NCBI GenBank assembly: GCA_963734675.1
Contig: CAVTHZ010000008.1
Location: forward strand, 131,513-195,512
Length of the DNA stretch: 64,000 bases
Direction of reading: 5' to 3'
Origin: an uncultured Acidobacteriaceae bacterium
Lineage (GTDB): Bacteria > Acidobacteriota > Terriglobia > Terriglobales > Acidobacteriaceae
The translations under genes and the position numbers were made by a program. Positions 56,090 to 64,000 of the stretch are shown here, one piece after another. Under the pieces are notes generated by a model. It saw only the letters and a list, made by a program, of their open reading frames with translations. It did no database searches and had not been told where the DNA came from. Every line of letters begins with the position of its first letter. Position 1 is the first letter of the stretch.

Positions 56090-57566
56090 TGCCGGGCCGC
56101 CGCGTTCGCCGACTTGGAATCAGCAGTTCCTCCGGCCAGCGACTGCAACCGTGCCGGAAGTTTTTCGTAGATGCCGCCGAAGCCGCCGTTGGAAAGAATG
56201 GCGACGACATCGCCAGCGCGCATTTCCGGAGCGATAATGTTTGACGATTTCATCGGCGTCATCAATCAGGCGGGCGCGTTTGCCATGTTTTTGAATGTCT
56301 TCGGCAAGCATGGGCAAATCCAGCCGCTCATTTTCCGGCACGGCATCTGAGCGGAAAACTGCCGCGACGACGATTTCGTCTGCGAAAGCCAGACTGCGCG
56401 CCAGATCGTTTTGAAGACATTCGACGCCGCAGAGTATTCGAGCGCGGCTCAAGAATAGCCCACAGGCGCGCCCCGGAATAACGCGCGCGCAATGCCTTCA
56501 GCGTGCCGGCGATCGCCGTTGGATGGTGCGCAAAATCGTCGATGATGGTAATCCCGTTGACCTGAGCTTTTACTTCAAGGCGGCGTTTCACGCTTTTGAA
56601 AGTTTTCAGGGCGCCGACGATTTCTTTGGCTGATATGCCATAAGCCGTGGCCATGGCGGCGGCGGCGGTGGCGTTCCACACGTTATATTCTCCGGCGAGT
56701 GAAAACTCGAAGTCGGCCCAAGGGCTGCCGTTGTGCAGGACGGTCCACGAGGTTCGGCCTGCACCGAATTTAAGGTCGGTGATTCTCCATTCGCGAGCGC
56801 TCGGCAGCACCGTAACGCTCGACCGGGCAAAAGGCTTTGCTTAGGCAGCGCTCCAGACTTGGGCTTCCGGACACTTCCCCAGCCACACCGTCAAAGGCGA
56901 CGATGCGGCCGCGTCGTGGAATCAGATTCACCAGGCGTTTGAATGCTGTCTCCACCGCATCGAGATCCTTGTAAATGTCCGCGTGATCGAACTCCACTGA
57001 GGTCAGAATGATGGCGTCGGGAAAGTAGTGCAGAAACTTCGGGCCTTTGTCGAAGAAGGCAGTGTCGTATTCGTCGCCTTCGAGAATAAAATGTTTTCCT
57101 TGCCCGAGGTGAAAGCTGCGAGCCGAAATTTTCCGCAATGCCGCCGATCAGGAAGGAAGGATCGAGTCCCGCAGAATGAAAAATCCACGGCGAGCATGGA
57201 AGTGGTGGTGGTCTTGCCATGAGTTCCGGCAACGACCAGCACTTCTTTGCCGCGCAGGAATTCGTCGTGCAGGATTTGCGGAAGCGAACAAAACGGAATA
57301 CGGCGGTCGAGGACGTGTTCGAGTTCCACATTTCCCCGGGAGATGGCATTGCCCACCACGACGAGATCGGGCGCAGGCTCGAGATTCTGCGCGCTAAAGG
57401 GTTGCGCCACCGGTATTTGAAGGCCGGCGAGAAAATCCGACATCGGCGGATAGGCCGCTGCGTCCGAACCGGTGACGCGGAAACCGCGCTCCTTGAGCAT
57501 TCCGGCGAGCGAAGCCATGGCGGTGCCGCAGATTCCAATCAGATGAATATGCTTGTTCTGGATCAT
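56086..57566 (-). pseudogene. mpl: UDP-N-acetylmuramate:L-Ala-gamma-D-Glu-meso-DAP ligase (Mpl), about 5 frameshifts
   Basis: MIQNKHIHLIGICGTAMASLAGML...VTGSDAAAYPPMS...AGTHGKTTTTSMLA / WIFHSAGLDPSFLIGGIAENFGS / SFHLGQGKHFILEGDEYDTAFFDKGPKF... / EWRITDL...DDFAHHPTAI...LEPRSNTLRR / ECLQNDLARSLAFADE... / IIAPEMRAGDVVAILSNGGFGGIYEKL. It aligns by eye to E. coli Mpl. Shift sites are near 57188, 57119, 56793, 56418 and 56236. The TGA stop overlaps the M61 ATG (ATGA). Confidence 0.85.
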
Positions 57567-57581
57567 GATTTCTTACGCGAA

Positions 57582-58574
57582 CTACGCGATCACCGCCGGC
57601 TCCAGCAAGTGTAACGATACATCGCTTCCCTGCACCGTCAGGCGCGCCTGCACGCCGATAGGCAGTGTAATATTTCGCCCGGCCACGTGTCCCGATCTTA
57701 GACCGAAGGCGACTGGAATTCGCAACGGGCTGACGATGCGCATGATGACTTCCTGAAGCGTGTAGTCCTGGTTCGCGGTTTGGATGCAATCGCGCATCTC
57801 ACCAAAAACAATTCCCCGTACCTCGTCAAGCGTGCCCGCGAGTTTTAGCTGCATCAACATGCGATCAATCTGAAACGGCTTCGCGGCTACATCTTCCAGA
57901 AATAAAATTGTGCCCACTGCGTTCATTTCATACGGCGTGCCCAGCGATGCCACCAGGATGGAAAGGCAGCCGCCAAAGAGAAGTCCTTCGGCTTCGCCGT
58001 CGCATAGTCCCGACATGCCGGATTCGGCATGCAGTTTTAAAGTCGGCGCTGTGCCGCCGAGAACCGCCTGCCACGACGGCAAGTCTACGCCATCCTTATG
58101 CGCCCAATCTTTGGTGACCATGGGCCCGTGAAAAGTTACGAATCCACGACTGCCGGAGAAACAAGCGAGCAGCGAGGTCAGATCGCTGTAGCCGACGAAG
58201 ATTTTCGGATGAGCCTTGATGGCTGCCAAGTTGAGTGCCGGGAGCAGATAGTTGGAGCCGTAGCCGCCACGCGCGCACACGATGGCACGCACATCGTCGC
58301 GGGCAAACATGGTTTCGAGTTCTTTCGCGCGCCGTTCCACCGATCCAGCAAAATAGAGATCACGGGACAGGATGGAATCGAGATAAAAAGGTCGATATCC
58401 GGCTTGCTGCAGGCGCTCGCAGCCCGCATCCAAGTCCTCGCGCTTGATGTTGCTGGCGGGCGCGACGATGCCGATGGTGTCTCCCGCGCGGAGGGCGGGC
58501 GGCCTGACCAACGGACTTTGAATCGAAGGGATCAAGTAGAAGCCTATGCAGCCAGAAAAAATTCTCCACGACAC
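57582..58574 (-). CDS. ldcA: LD-carboxypeptidase (S66, muramoyl-tetrapeptide carboxypeptidase LdcA-like)
   Basis: GDTIGIVAPAS, FAGSVERRAKEL, IVCARGGYGSNYLL and GYSDLTSL (Ser nucleophile), plus C-terminal FGH-type motifs. The true start may be the TTG near 58535, which would remove the overlap with dapF. Confidence 0.8.
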   Translation of the reverse strand: MSWRIFSGCIGFYLIPSIQSPLVRPPALRAGDTIGIVAPASNIKREDLDAGCERLQQAGYRPFYLDSILSRDLYFAGSVERRAKELETMFARDDVRAIVCARGGYGSNYLLPALNLAAIKAHPKIFVGYSDLTSLLACFSGSRGFVTFHGPMVTKDWAHKDGVDLPSWQAVLGGTAPTLKLHAESGMSGLCDGEAEGLLFGGCLSILVASLGTPYEMNAVGTILFLEDVAAKPFQIDRMLMQLKLAGTLDEVRGIVFGEMRDCIQTANQDYTLQEVIMRIVSPLRIPVAFGLRSGHVAGRNITLPIGVQARLTVQGSDVSLHLLEPAVIA

Positions 58575-59353
58575 ACTAACTGCGCCGGACCCCGAAGAAA
58601 CACGCTACCCTGCTCCACGCGCACGGTCTGCATGCCACCGATTGCATGTACCCGCACGGGAGACGCGGCTGCGTCCGCGACAATTGCCGCTATCGCCGAT
58701 GCACAGGAACCCGTTCCCGAAGATTGGGTTTCGCCGACTCCGCGCTCGAAGAATCGCACCGCGACATTATTTTTGTTTTCAACCAAAACCATTTCTACAT
58801 TGACCCCGTGCGGAAACTTCGAGCTGCGCTGAATTTCTGCCGCGCGGAGCTGCCAGTCTGGCGCGAATTCCGGCACGAATACGACATAGTGCGGATTCCC
58901 TAACGATACCGGAACGCCGCTTACTGTGCCCGCTGAGATGTGAACGTCCAGCAAATCGCCTATTTCGGCGTGGCCCATTTCGGCCTCGAATTCGTACTCG
59001 GACTCCGTTCGCGACATCAGCGTGCAGGTTTTCAGGCCCGCGCCGGTTTGAATCTTGATTTCTTCTTTGTCTCGTGTCGCGCAGATGTAAGCAGCGACAC
59101 AGCGCGTGCCGTTGCCTGAAATTTCTGCTTCCGAACCATCGGCATTGATCAGTCGAACTTCAACATCAGCCGAGGCGTGCCCAGACATCCATTCGACTCC
59201 GTCGGCTCCCACGCCCAGATGACGATCGCAGATATTGCATGTCAGTTCGGCGAGGTTGGCATCGCGCGGTAGATTCGCGAGGTCGATCAACAAAAAATCG
59301 TTGCCGCAGGCATTCGCCTTCACAAACGGAATTGCGAGTTGCGGCAGGCTCAC
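58544..59353 (-). CDS. dapF: diaminopimelate epimerase
   Basis: FVKANACGNDFLLID and the second catalytic Cys region (ETQSSGTGSCASA). 269 aa. Confidence 0.9.
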   Translation of the reverse strand: MSLPQLAIPFVKANACGNDFLLIDLANLPRDANLAELTCNICDRHLGVGADGVEWMSGHASADVEVRLINADGSEAEISGNGTRCVAAYICATRDKEEIKIQTGAGLKTCTLMSRTESEYEFEAEMGHAEIGDLLDVHISAGTVSGVPVSLGNPHYVVFVPEFAPDWQLRAAEIQRSSKFPHGVNVEMVLVENKNNVAVRFFERGVGETQSSGTGSCASAIAAIVADAAASPVRVHAIGGMQTVRVEQGSVFLRGPAQLVCRGEFFLAA

Positions 59354-59628
59354 TCCAACTCCAACGGCCCTAAGGATGTGAGACTTCCGAGTAAAAAAGA
59401 TGAGGTCGGCAGATCACGAAACAATTGCCGCTCTTCGCGATCACAGCCGGAAACATCGAATCGCATGGGCGCGAGAAGCGCCAGTAAGATGGCGCCAATC
59501 CCGCTCGCCATCCCGTGCCAGATGAAAGCCTCCATGAGTTGCCAGTTCATCGTACGTTGGCCGGATTTTATCACCGAGCGACGCAGCGCCTTGCGGTTCG
59601 AGGTAACGCCTCTGATTACCTTCTCAGT

Positions 59629-61302
59629 TCAGGGGGACGCGGTGCGGGTTTCGAAGATGAGACCCGGCGGCTGGCCGCTGGAGTGAATTTCGACTAAGGC
59701 CTTCAAATGGTGATCTCGCGCGGCAGTCCACACCGGGTCCCCCTCGAATGCAATAGCGAAGTCAGCGTATTTTGCCGGATCCGCCAGGGCTCGCTCCCAC
59801 AGGCCATCGGGATCGGATGGCTGCTTCCACACACGATGATTGCCTTCGTTAATCGTTCTGGCGAGTGGAATGCCTGCGCGCTCGAAAATTCCTGAATGCT
59901 GGCCTAGAAACGTCAGAAACGTGGTTGTCGGCGGCAGCGACTTGATCCAGTCGCCGATTCTGGTATCGAGCGCGACGAGGCCCCTCATGTTCCGATCGGC
60001 TTCGCGATAACAGATCGGATCCGCACGCCAAATGACCGCATCGCTCGATGCAGCAAGCAAAAAGATGAGCAGAACAGCCGCCGGGGAGGCCCATCGTTTA
60101 AGCGCGCCTTCGATGGAAGGAATTCTACTGGCGGATTCGATTAGAAAAGAAATTCCCACCGGAACGAGCACGACGAATGCGGGCAGCAGTTGCAAGCCGT
60201 AACGCACGTTATATAGCGAAAACGGCCACCACGTCGGTACAAAGATCGGGACACTGCCATACGCTACGGAAAGCGCATAGAAAACCAAAGGCAACGCCAG
60301 CAGCAGCAAGGTGACGCGATTGTGGCGGCGCCAGGCTGCGATCGCTCCCAGGATTGCAAAGAAAAGCCATACGCGGCCTTCCCAATTCGAGTTAGAGACA
60401 TTCAATTCTGCCGCTTTCAGAAAATAGGAGCCGGCGGCAAACAAGTTTCCCCGCGCCGGATTTACTGTGTGAGTTTTCTGTTCGATTGCGTGCGGAGAAT
60501 ACGGACCGTTCATGAACTCCAGAGGATTCCGGTAGACCGCTGCGTTATATGCGAGCCAAAAGATCGGTGCTGCCGAGGCGATCAGAATGAATCGGGCAAT
60601 CGAGCCGATGGCCATTTGATTCTTCGACGGAAGGCTCTCCTGTTTCTGCGATGAACGGACCCGCCATGAGCGAAATTTCATCGAGAGCACTAGGGCACTC
60701 AGAACTGCAGCCAGGAACCAACCGTCGTAGCGCGTTAAACACGCTGCCGCTACACAGAAGCCGCAGCGGTTAAGCGCCTTGGTGTTGCCTCGCGTAAACT
60801 CTGAGAAAAAAAAGAGGGACCAAATAAAACAAGCAAGATATAGAGACTCGCCCATCGCGGTCGATTGCAGGTAAATCAAGTTCGGGTTAGCCGCATAAAG
60901 AATCGCTGAAATCCACGCGCTGAGGCGGCCCGCTGAACTTTGCTCGTTGCCGAGAGTACTTCGAACCAGCTTGAAAATCCCGAGCGTACCGAGAACGAAT
61001 GCCGCCATGGATGGGATCGATCCGCCAGTGCCGCTTTGCCACATCTGTTTCGACACGATAAACGGCAGGATGAGCAGATGCGGCAGAGGAAGCCAGACGG
61101 TTCCCAGCTGCAAAAGTCCGGGAGTTCTGGAGTCAAAGACGCGGCGCGCGATGTTGATGTGAGCCACGGCGTCGCCGTAGAGCAGCACCTCTCCGTGGCG
61201 CTGATAATAGAGAAACGAGAAAACGGAGATGAAGATCGCCAGCCAGATCAGCCTGACGATTTCAATTTCCGGACCAGCTTTCTGAGAGGGTCGAGTCTTC
61301 AT
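59629..61302 (-). CDS. polytopic membrane protein, ArnT/PMT-like GT-C glycosyltransferase candidate
   Basis: 557 aa, about 12 TM helices, first periplasmic loop YGDAVAHINIARRV, soluble C-terminal domain. Family assignment is tentative. Confidence 0.5.
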   Translation of the reverse strand: MKTRPSQKAGPEIEIVRLIWLAIFISVFSFLYYQRHGEVLLYGDAVAHINIARRVFDSRTPGLLQLGTVWLPLPHLLILPFIVSKQMWQSGTGGSIPSMAAFVLGTLGIFKLVRSTLGNEQSSAGRLSAWISAILYAANPNLIYLQSTAMGESLYLACFIWSLFFFSEFTRGNTKALNRCGFCVAAACLTRYDGWFLAAVLSALVLSMKFRSWRVRSSQKQESLPSKNQMAIGSIARFILIASAAPIFWLAYNAAVYRNPLEFMNGPYSPHAIEQKTHTVNPARGNLFAAGSYFLKAAELNVSNSNWEGRVWLFFAILGAIAAWRRHNRVTLLLLALPLVFYALSVAYGSVPIFVPTWWPFSLYNVRYGLQLLPAFVVLVPVGISFLIESASRIPSIEGALKRWASPAAVLLIFLLAASSDAVIWRADPICYREADRNMRGLVALDTRIGDWIKSLPPTTTFLTFLGQHSGIFERAGIPLARTINEGNHRVWKQPSDPDGLWERALADPAKYADFAIAFEGDPVWTAARDHHLKALVEIHSSGQPPGLIFETRTASP

Positions 61303-62222
61303 TCAAGATGGGTAAGCTCGCGGAAGATCTGGAAGCGGGCGTCGATCTCTTCGCGCGTGAGGGATTGCAGGCGCTCAGTGCCGAAACTTTCCACCGCGAA
61401 CGATCCCATCACTCCACCATAAAAGAGGGCGCGTTTCAACACTTCACGGTTTAATTCGGGCTGCGAGGCGACGTAACCCATAAAGCCTCCGGCGAAGGAG
61501 TCGCCGGCGCCGGTGGGATCTTTAACTTCGTCGAGCGGAAGGGTGGGCGCGCGAAATGGATGGCGGCCGATCCCGAAAGCGCCTTCGCGGAAAAAAATTG
61601 TTGCTCCGTATTCGCCGTGCTTGATCACCAATGCTTTCGGCCCCATAGCCAGCACTTTCTTTGCCGCTCGCGGAAGGTTTGGCTCGTTGGCCAGCATTTT
61701 GGTTTCGGTGTCATTGATCAGCAGAACGTCGACCAGCCTTAGGGTTTCGGCGAGTTCGGGGCGCGCGCCTTTAATCCAGTAATTCATGGTGTCGCAACCG
61801 GTGAGGCGAACACCGTTCATTTTGCGGCGAACGTTCGCTTGCAAAGTGGGTTGGATATTGGCAAGAAACAGGAATTCGGAGTCTTGGTACTCCTTGGGAA
61901 GTTGTGGGTTGAACTTCTCAAAAACGTTTAGGTCTGTGAAGTCAGTTTTCGCTTCATTCAAATTGTCCGAATATGTTCCACCCCAGCGAAAAGTTTTTCC
62001 CGCGGCGCGCTCAATCCCGCGTGTATCTACATTGTGCTTTTTCAGAATGTCTTCGTACTCGCGAGTAAAATCGTCGCCGACAACCGCCACTACGCGCACT
62101 TGCGTGAAATAACTTGCCGCCAGCGCGAAATAAGTTGCAGCTCCGCCAAGGATGCCCTTCGCGCTGCCGGAGGGCGATTTTACGTCGTCGAACGCAACCG
62201 ATCCCACTACGACAATGCTCAT
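61299..62222 (-). CDS. PfkB-family ribokinase-like sugar/nucleoside kinase
   Basis: MSIVVVGSVAFDDV...GGAATYFA, and a C-terminal DPTGAGDSFAGGF anion-hole/catalytic Asp motif. Start trimmed from 62375 to avoid the overlap with mtnP. Confidence 0.8.
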   Translation of the reverse strand: MSIVVVGSVAFDDVKSPSGSAKGILGGAATYFALAASYFTQVRVVAVVGDDFTREYEDILKKHNVDTRGIERAAGKTFRWGGTYSDNLNEAKTDFTDLNVFEKFNPQLPKEYQDSEFLFLANIQPTLQANVRRKMNGVRLTGCDTMNYWIKGARPELAETLRLVDVLLINDTETKMLANEPNLPRAAKKVLAMGPKALVIKHGEYGATIFFREGAFGIGRHPFRAPTLPLDEVKDPTGAGDSFAGGFMGYVASQPELNREVLKRALFYGGVMGSFAVESFGTERLQSLTREEIDARFQIFRELTHLE

Positions 62223-62257
62223 TCGCTGGTCTGTTTCCTTTTGATTGAAATGGGAAT

Positions 62258-63130
62258 CTATGATTTCGCCTGCAAGTACTTTCCGAGGATCAACTTTAAT
62301 TTTCTCTTCGTGGCTGCCGGAATCATTTTGCGATCGGTGAGAATAGCGTGGGCAAGCGCCGAATTGCATTTGCAAGAGCGCCCGCGCGGCATCGCTGCCA
62401 CGGTCTGGCGGACTACTCTGCAGGCATTTTCGGCGTTCTTATTAAGCACGGCGATAATCTGGTCCACGCTCACCGAATCGTGATGCGGATGCCAGCAGTC
62501 GTAATCGGTGACCATGGCGACGGTTACATAGCAAGTCTCCGCTTCGCGCGCGAGCTTTGCCTCTTGCAGGTTCGTCATACCAATCACATCCATGCCCAGG
62601 CTGCGGTAGACGTTGGACTCGGCTTTGGTGGAGAATTGCGGCCCCTCCATGCACAAGTAAGTTCCGCCGCGCTTGGCATTGACTCCGATTTTTTGGCAAC
62701 TGCTTTCCACGATGGCCGCAAGTTCTCCACAAACAGGATCGGCAAAAGCAATGTGCGCCACCACTCCCGCCCCGAAAAACGTATCGATGCGGTGCCGGGT
62801 GCGGTCGAAAAATTGATCGGGAATCACAAAGTCTAGCGGCTTGTGCTCTTCCTTCAGCGAGCCCACAGCAGAGATGGAAATGATTCGCTCAACCCCGAGT
62901 TGCTTGAATCCATGAATGTTGGCGCGAAAATTCAGTTCGCTGGGAAGGATGCGGTGTCCTCGGCCGTGCCGCGCCAGGAACGCAACCTTTCGCCCTTCCA
63001 GAACGCCGCAGACGTAAGCATCGGAAGGCTTGCCAAAGGGCGTCGCGATGCGAAGCTCTTTTACCTTCGTCAGCCCCGGCATTGAATAGAGGCCACTGCC
63101 GCCGATAATTCCAATTTCCGCTTGGGGCAA
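62258..63130 (-). CDS. mtnP: S-methyl-5'-thioadenosine phosphorylase
   Basis: IGIIGGSGLY...FLARHGRGHR..PSE.NFRANI...ISAVGSL...MEGPQFST.AES are typical MTAP motifs. Proposed TTG start at 63130 follows GGAGGA. The ORF-track start is 63157. Confidence 0.85.
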   Translation of the reverse strand: MPQAEIGIIGGSGLYSMPGLTKVKELRIATPFGKPSDAYVCGVLEGRKVAFLARHGRGHRILPSELNFRANIHGFKQLGVERIISISAVGSLKEEHKPLDFVIPDQFFDRTRHRIDTFFGAGVVAHIAFADPVCGELAAIVESSCQKIGVNAKRGGTYLCMEGPQFSTKAESNVYRSLGMDVIGMTNLQEAKLAREAETCYVTVAMVTDYDCWHPHHDSVSVDQIIAVLNKNAENACRVVRQTVAAMPRGRSCKCNSALAHAILTDRKMIPAATKRKLKLILGKYLQAKS

Positions 63131-63255
63131 TCTTCCTCCGAGAGAAACACCGCACAACCATCTGCCGTTATTCCAAACCGCTGATTATAGCAAGCCGCGC
63201 GACGGGGCTTCTCTGCTTCGTTTCACCCGAGAGATTAAGCAGCTACAATCTCCGT

Positions 63256-64000
63256 GTGAAGGTGGCAATTATCATTTGTGTGCTTGCGATGCTAACCGCT
63301 CCAGTGTCGGCCCAAACTGGAGCAAAAGCTGGAGCTCCGGTGAAATCCGTCACCGTACCGATCACGCTCGATCACAACCGAGTTGTGGTAGACGTTTATC
63401 TTCCCTTGCCAAACGGTTCGACTAAGCGGGTGCGCGCTTGGGTGGATAATGGCAATCCCGATCTCACTCTCTCCAGGAATATTGCGACCCTTCTGGGTTT
63501 GAACGTCACCTGTGATGAGAAGGAATGCACCGCACCGCCGCCGGCTGCAATGACCATCGGCGAGATGAAGATTTCGCTTGAGGCGATCAAGCAGGCGAAG
63601 GTTCCGCTGAGACCGGCCGGCGCCGCGTCAGTTATGGCACCCGGAATGTCGGCGGAGATCAACATTCCCTCCACCGTGCTGCGCAATTATGAGGTGCTCG
63701 TAAATTTTCCAGACCGCGAGTTCACGATTGGCGAGCCAGGAAGTCTCAAGTTCAAAGGGGTAAGCGCCAAGGTCGCCGTGAATAAGGATAACGGCCTGAT
63801 TCAGGTTCCAAGCCGGATTGCCAACAAAAAATATAACCTTGCGCTCGATATTGGATCGTCGATCAGTTTTTTGAATGGCGAACTCTTCGCTCAGCTTGCA
63901 GCGGCCCACACAGATTGGCCGCAGATGCAGGGCGCAGTCGGACCCGCAAATATGTGGGGATCGCCGGACGAAGCCAATTGGAAATTGATGCGCCTTGACC
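63256..64000 (+). CDS. secreted retropepsin-like (aspartyl protease-like) protein, 3' end outside the window
   Basis: Not in the ORF track because there is no stop within the window. GTG start, signal peptide VKVAIIICVLAMLTAPVSAQ. Two D-x-G-type segments (WVDNGNPDLTLS and LALDIGSSISFL) are spaced as in bacterial retropepsin-like domains. The frame is open to the window end. Confidence 0.5.
   Translation, partial: MKVAIIICVLAMLTAPVSAQTGAKAGAPVKSVTVPITLDHNRVVVDVYLPLPNGSTKRVRAWVDNGNPDLTLSRNIATLLGLNVTCDEKECTAPPPAAMTIGEMKISLEAIKQAKVPLRPAGAASVMAPGMSAEINIPSTVLRNYEVLVNFPDREFTIGEPGSLKFKGVSAKVAVNKDNGLIQVPSRIANKKYNLALDIGSSISFLNGELFAQLAAAHTDWPQMQGAVGPANMWGSPDEANWKLMRLD

Overview
The window looks like a chromosomal segment from an Acidobacteriota-type (Terriglobia-like) soil bacterium. 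That is my inference from the gene content (GloVer, FG-GAP and BNR secreted repeat proteins), the GroEL sequence flavour and the intergenic 'GTCATCCTGAGCG...GAAGGATCC' palindromes. No rRNA, tRNA or CRISPR array was found.

Gene content:
- Housekeeping: groES-groEL with a consensus promoter and CIRCE operator, thrC, accB-accC, thiE, nnr-tsaE, lpxD, plsC, dapF, ndh, mtnP plus a PfkB kinase, and two APC permeases.
- A complete pilMNOPQ type IV pilus assembly operon.
- Peptidoglycan-recycling genes at two loci: amgK-like/murU-like, and mpl/ldcA.
- An ECF sigma/anti-sigma pair.
- Many large secreted repeat proteins.
- Accessory elements: an intact IS481-family element with 32-bp imperfect inverted repeats, a truncated REP-associated tyrosine transposase with flanking hairpins, a RelE/ParE toxin-antitoxin pair and a PD-(D/E)XK nuclease.

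Observations most worth follow-up:
1. An unlisted 53-codon ORF (8176-8337) has a double-glycine leader and a Cys/Ser/Thr-rich 25-aa core, with its own RBS and terminator. It is a candidate orphan RiPP/bacteriocin precursor.
2. The same C-terminal module is shared by two unrelated ~1100-aa secreted proteins: hydrophobic helix, Arg/Lys patch, signal-peptide-like helix ending in Cys-Gly-Gly-(Gly)-Ser-Ser, then a short beta-rich 'Y.I.V.ATSGS...TL.VQ' tail.
3. About 17 frameshifts are concentrated in four genes (groEL, alaX-like, M61 peptidase, mpl), while more than 40 kb of other coding sequence, including two 3.3-kb ORFs, is intact.
4. An AmgK-like kinase is fused to a RapZ C-terminal domain.
5. 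A Cys-rich secreted protein gene carries an in-frame TAG exactly at the predicted signal-peptidase site.

All functional calls come from reading the translations by eye. No database search was run.
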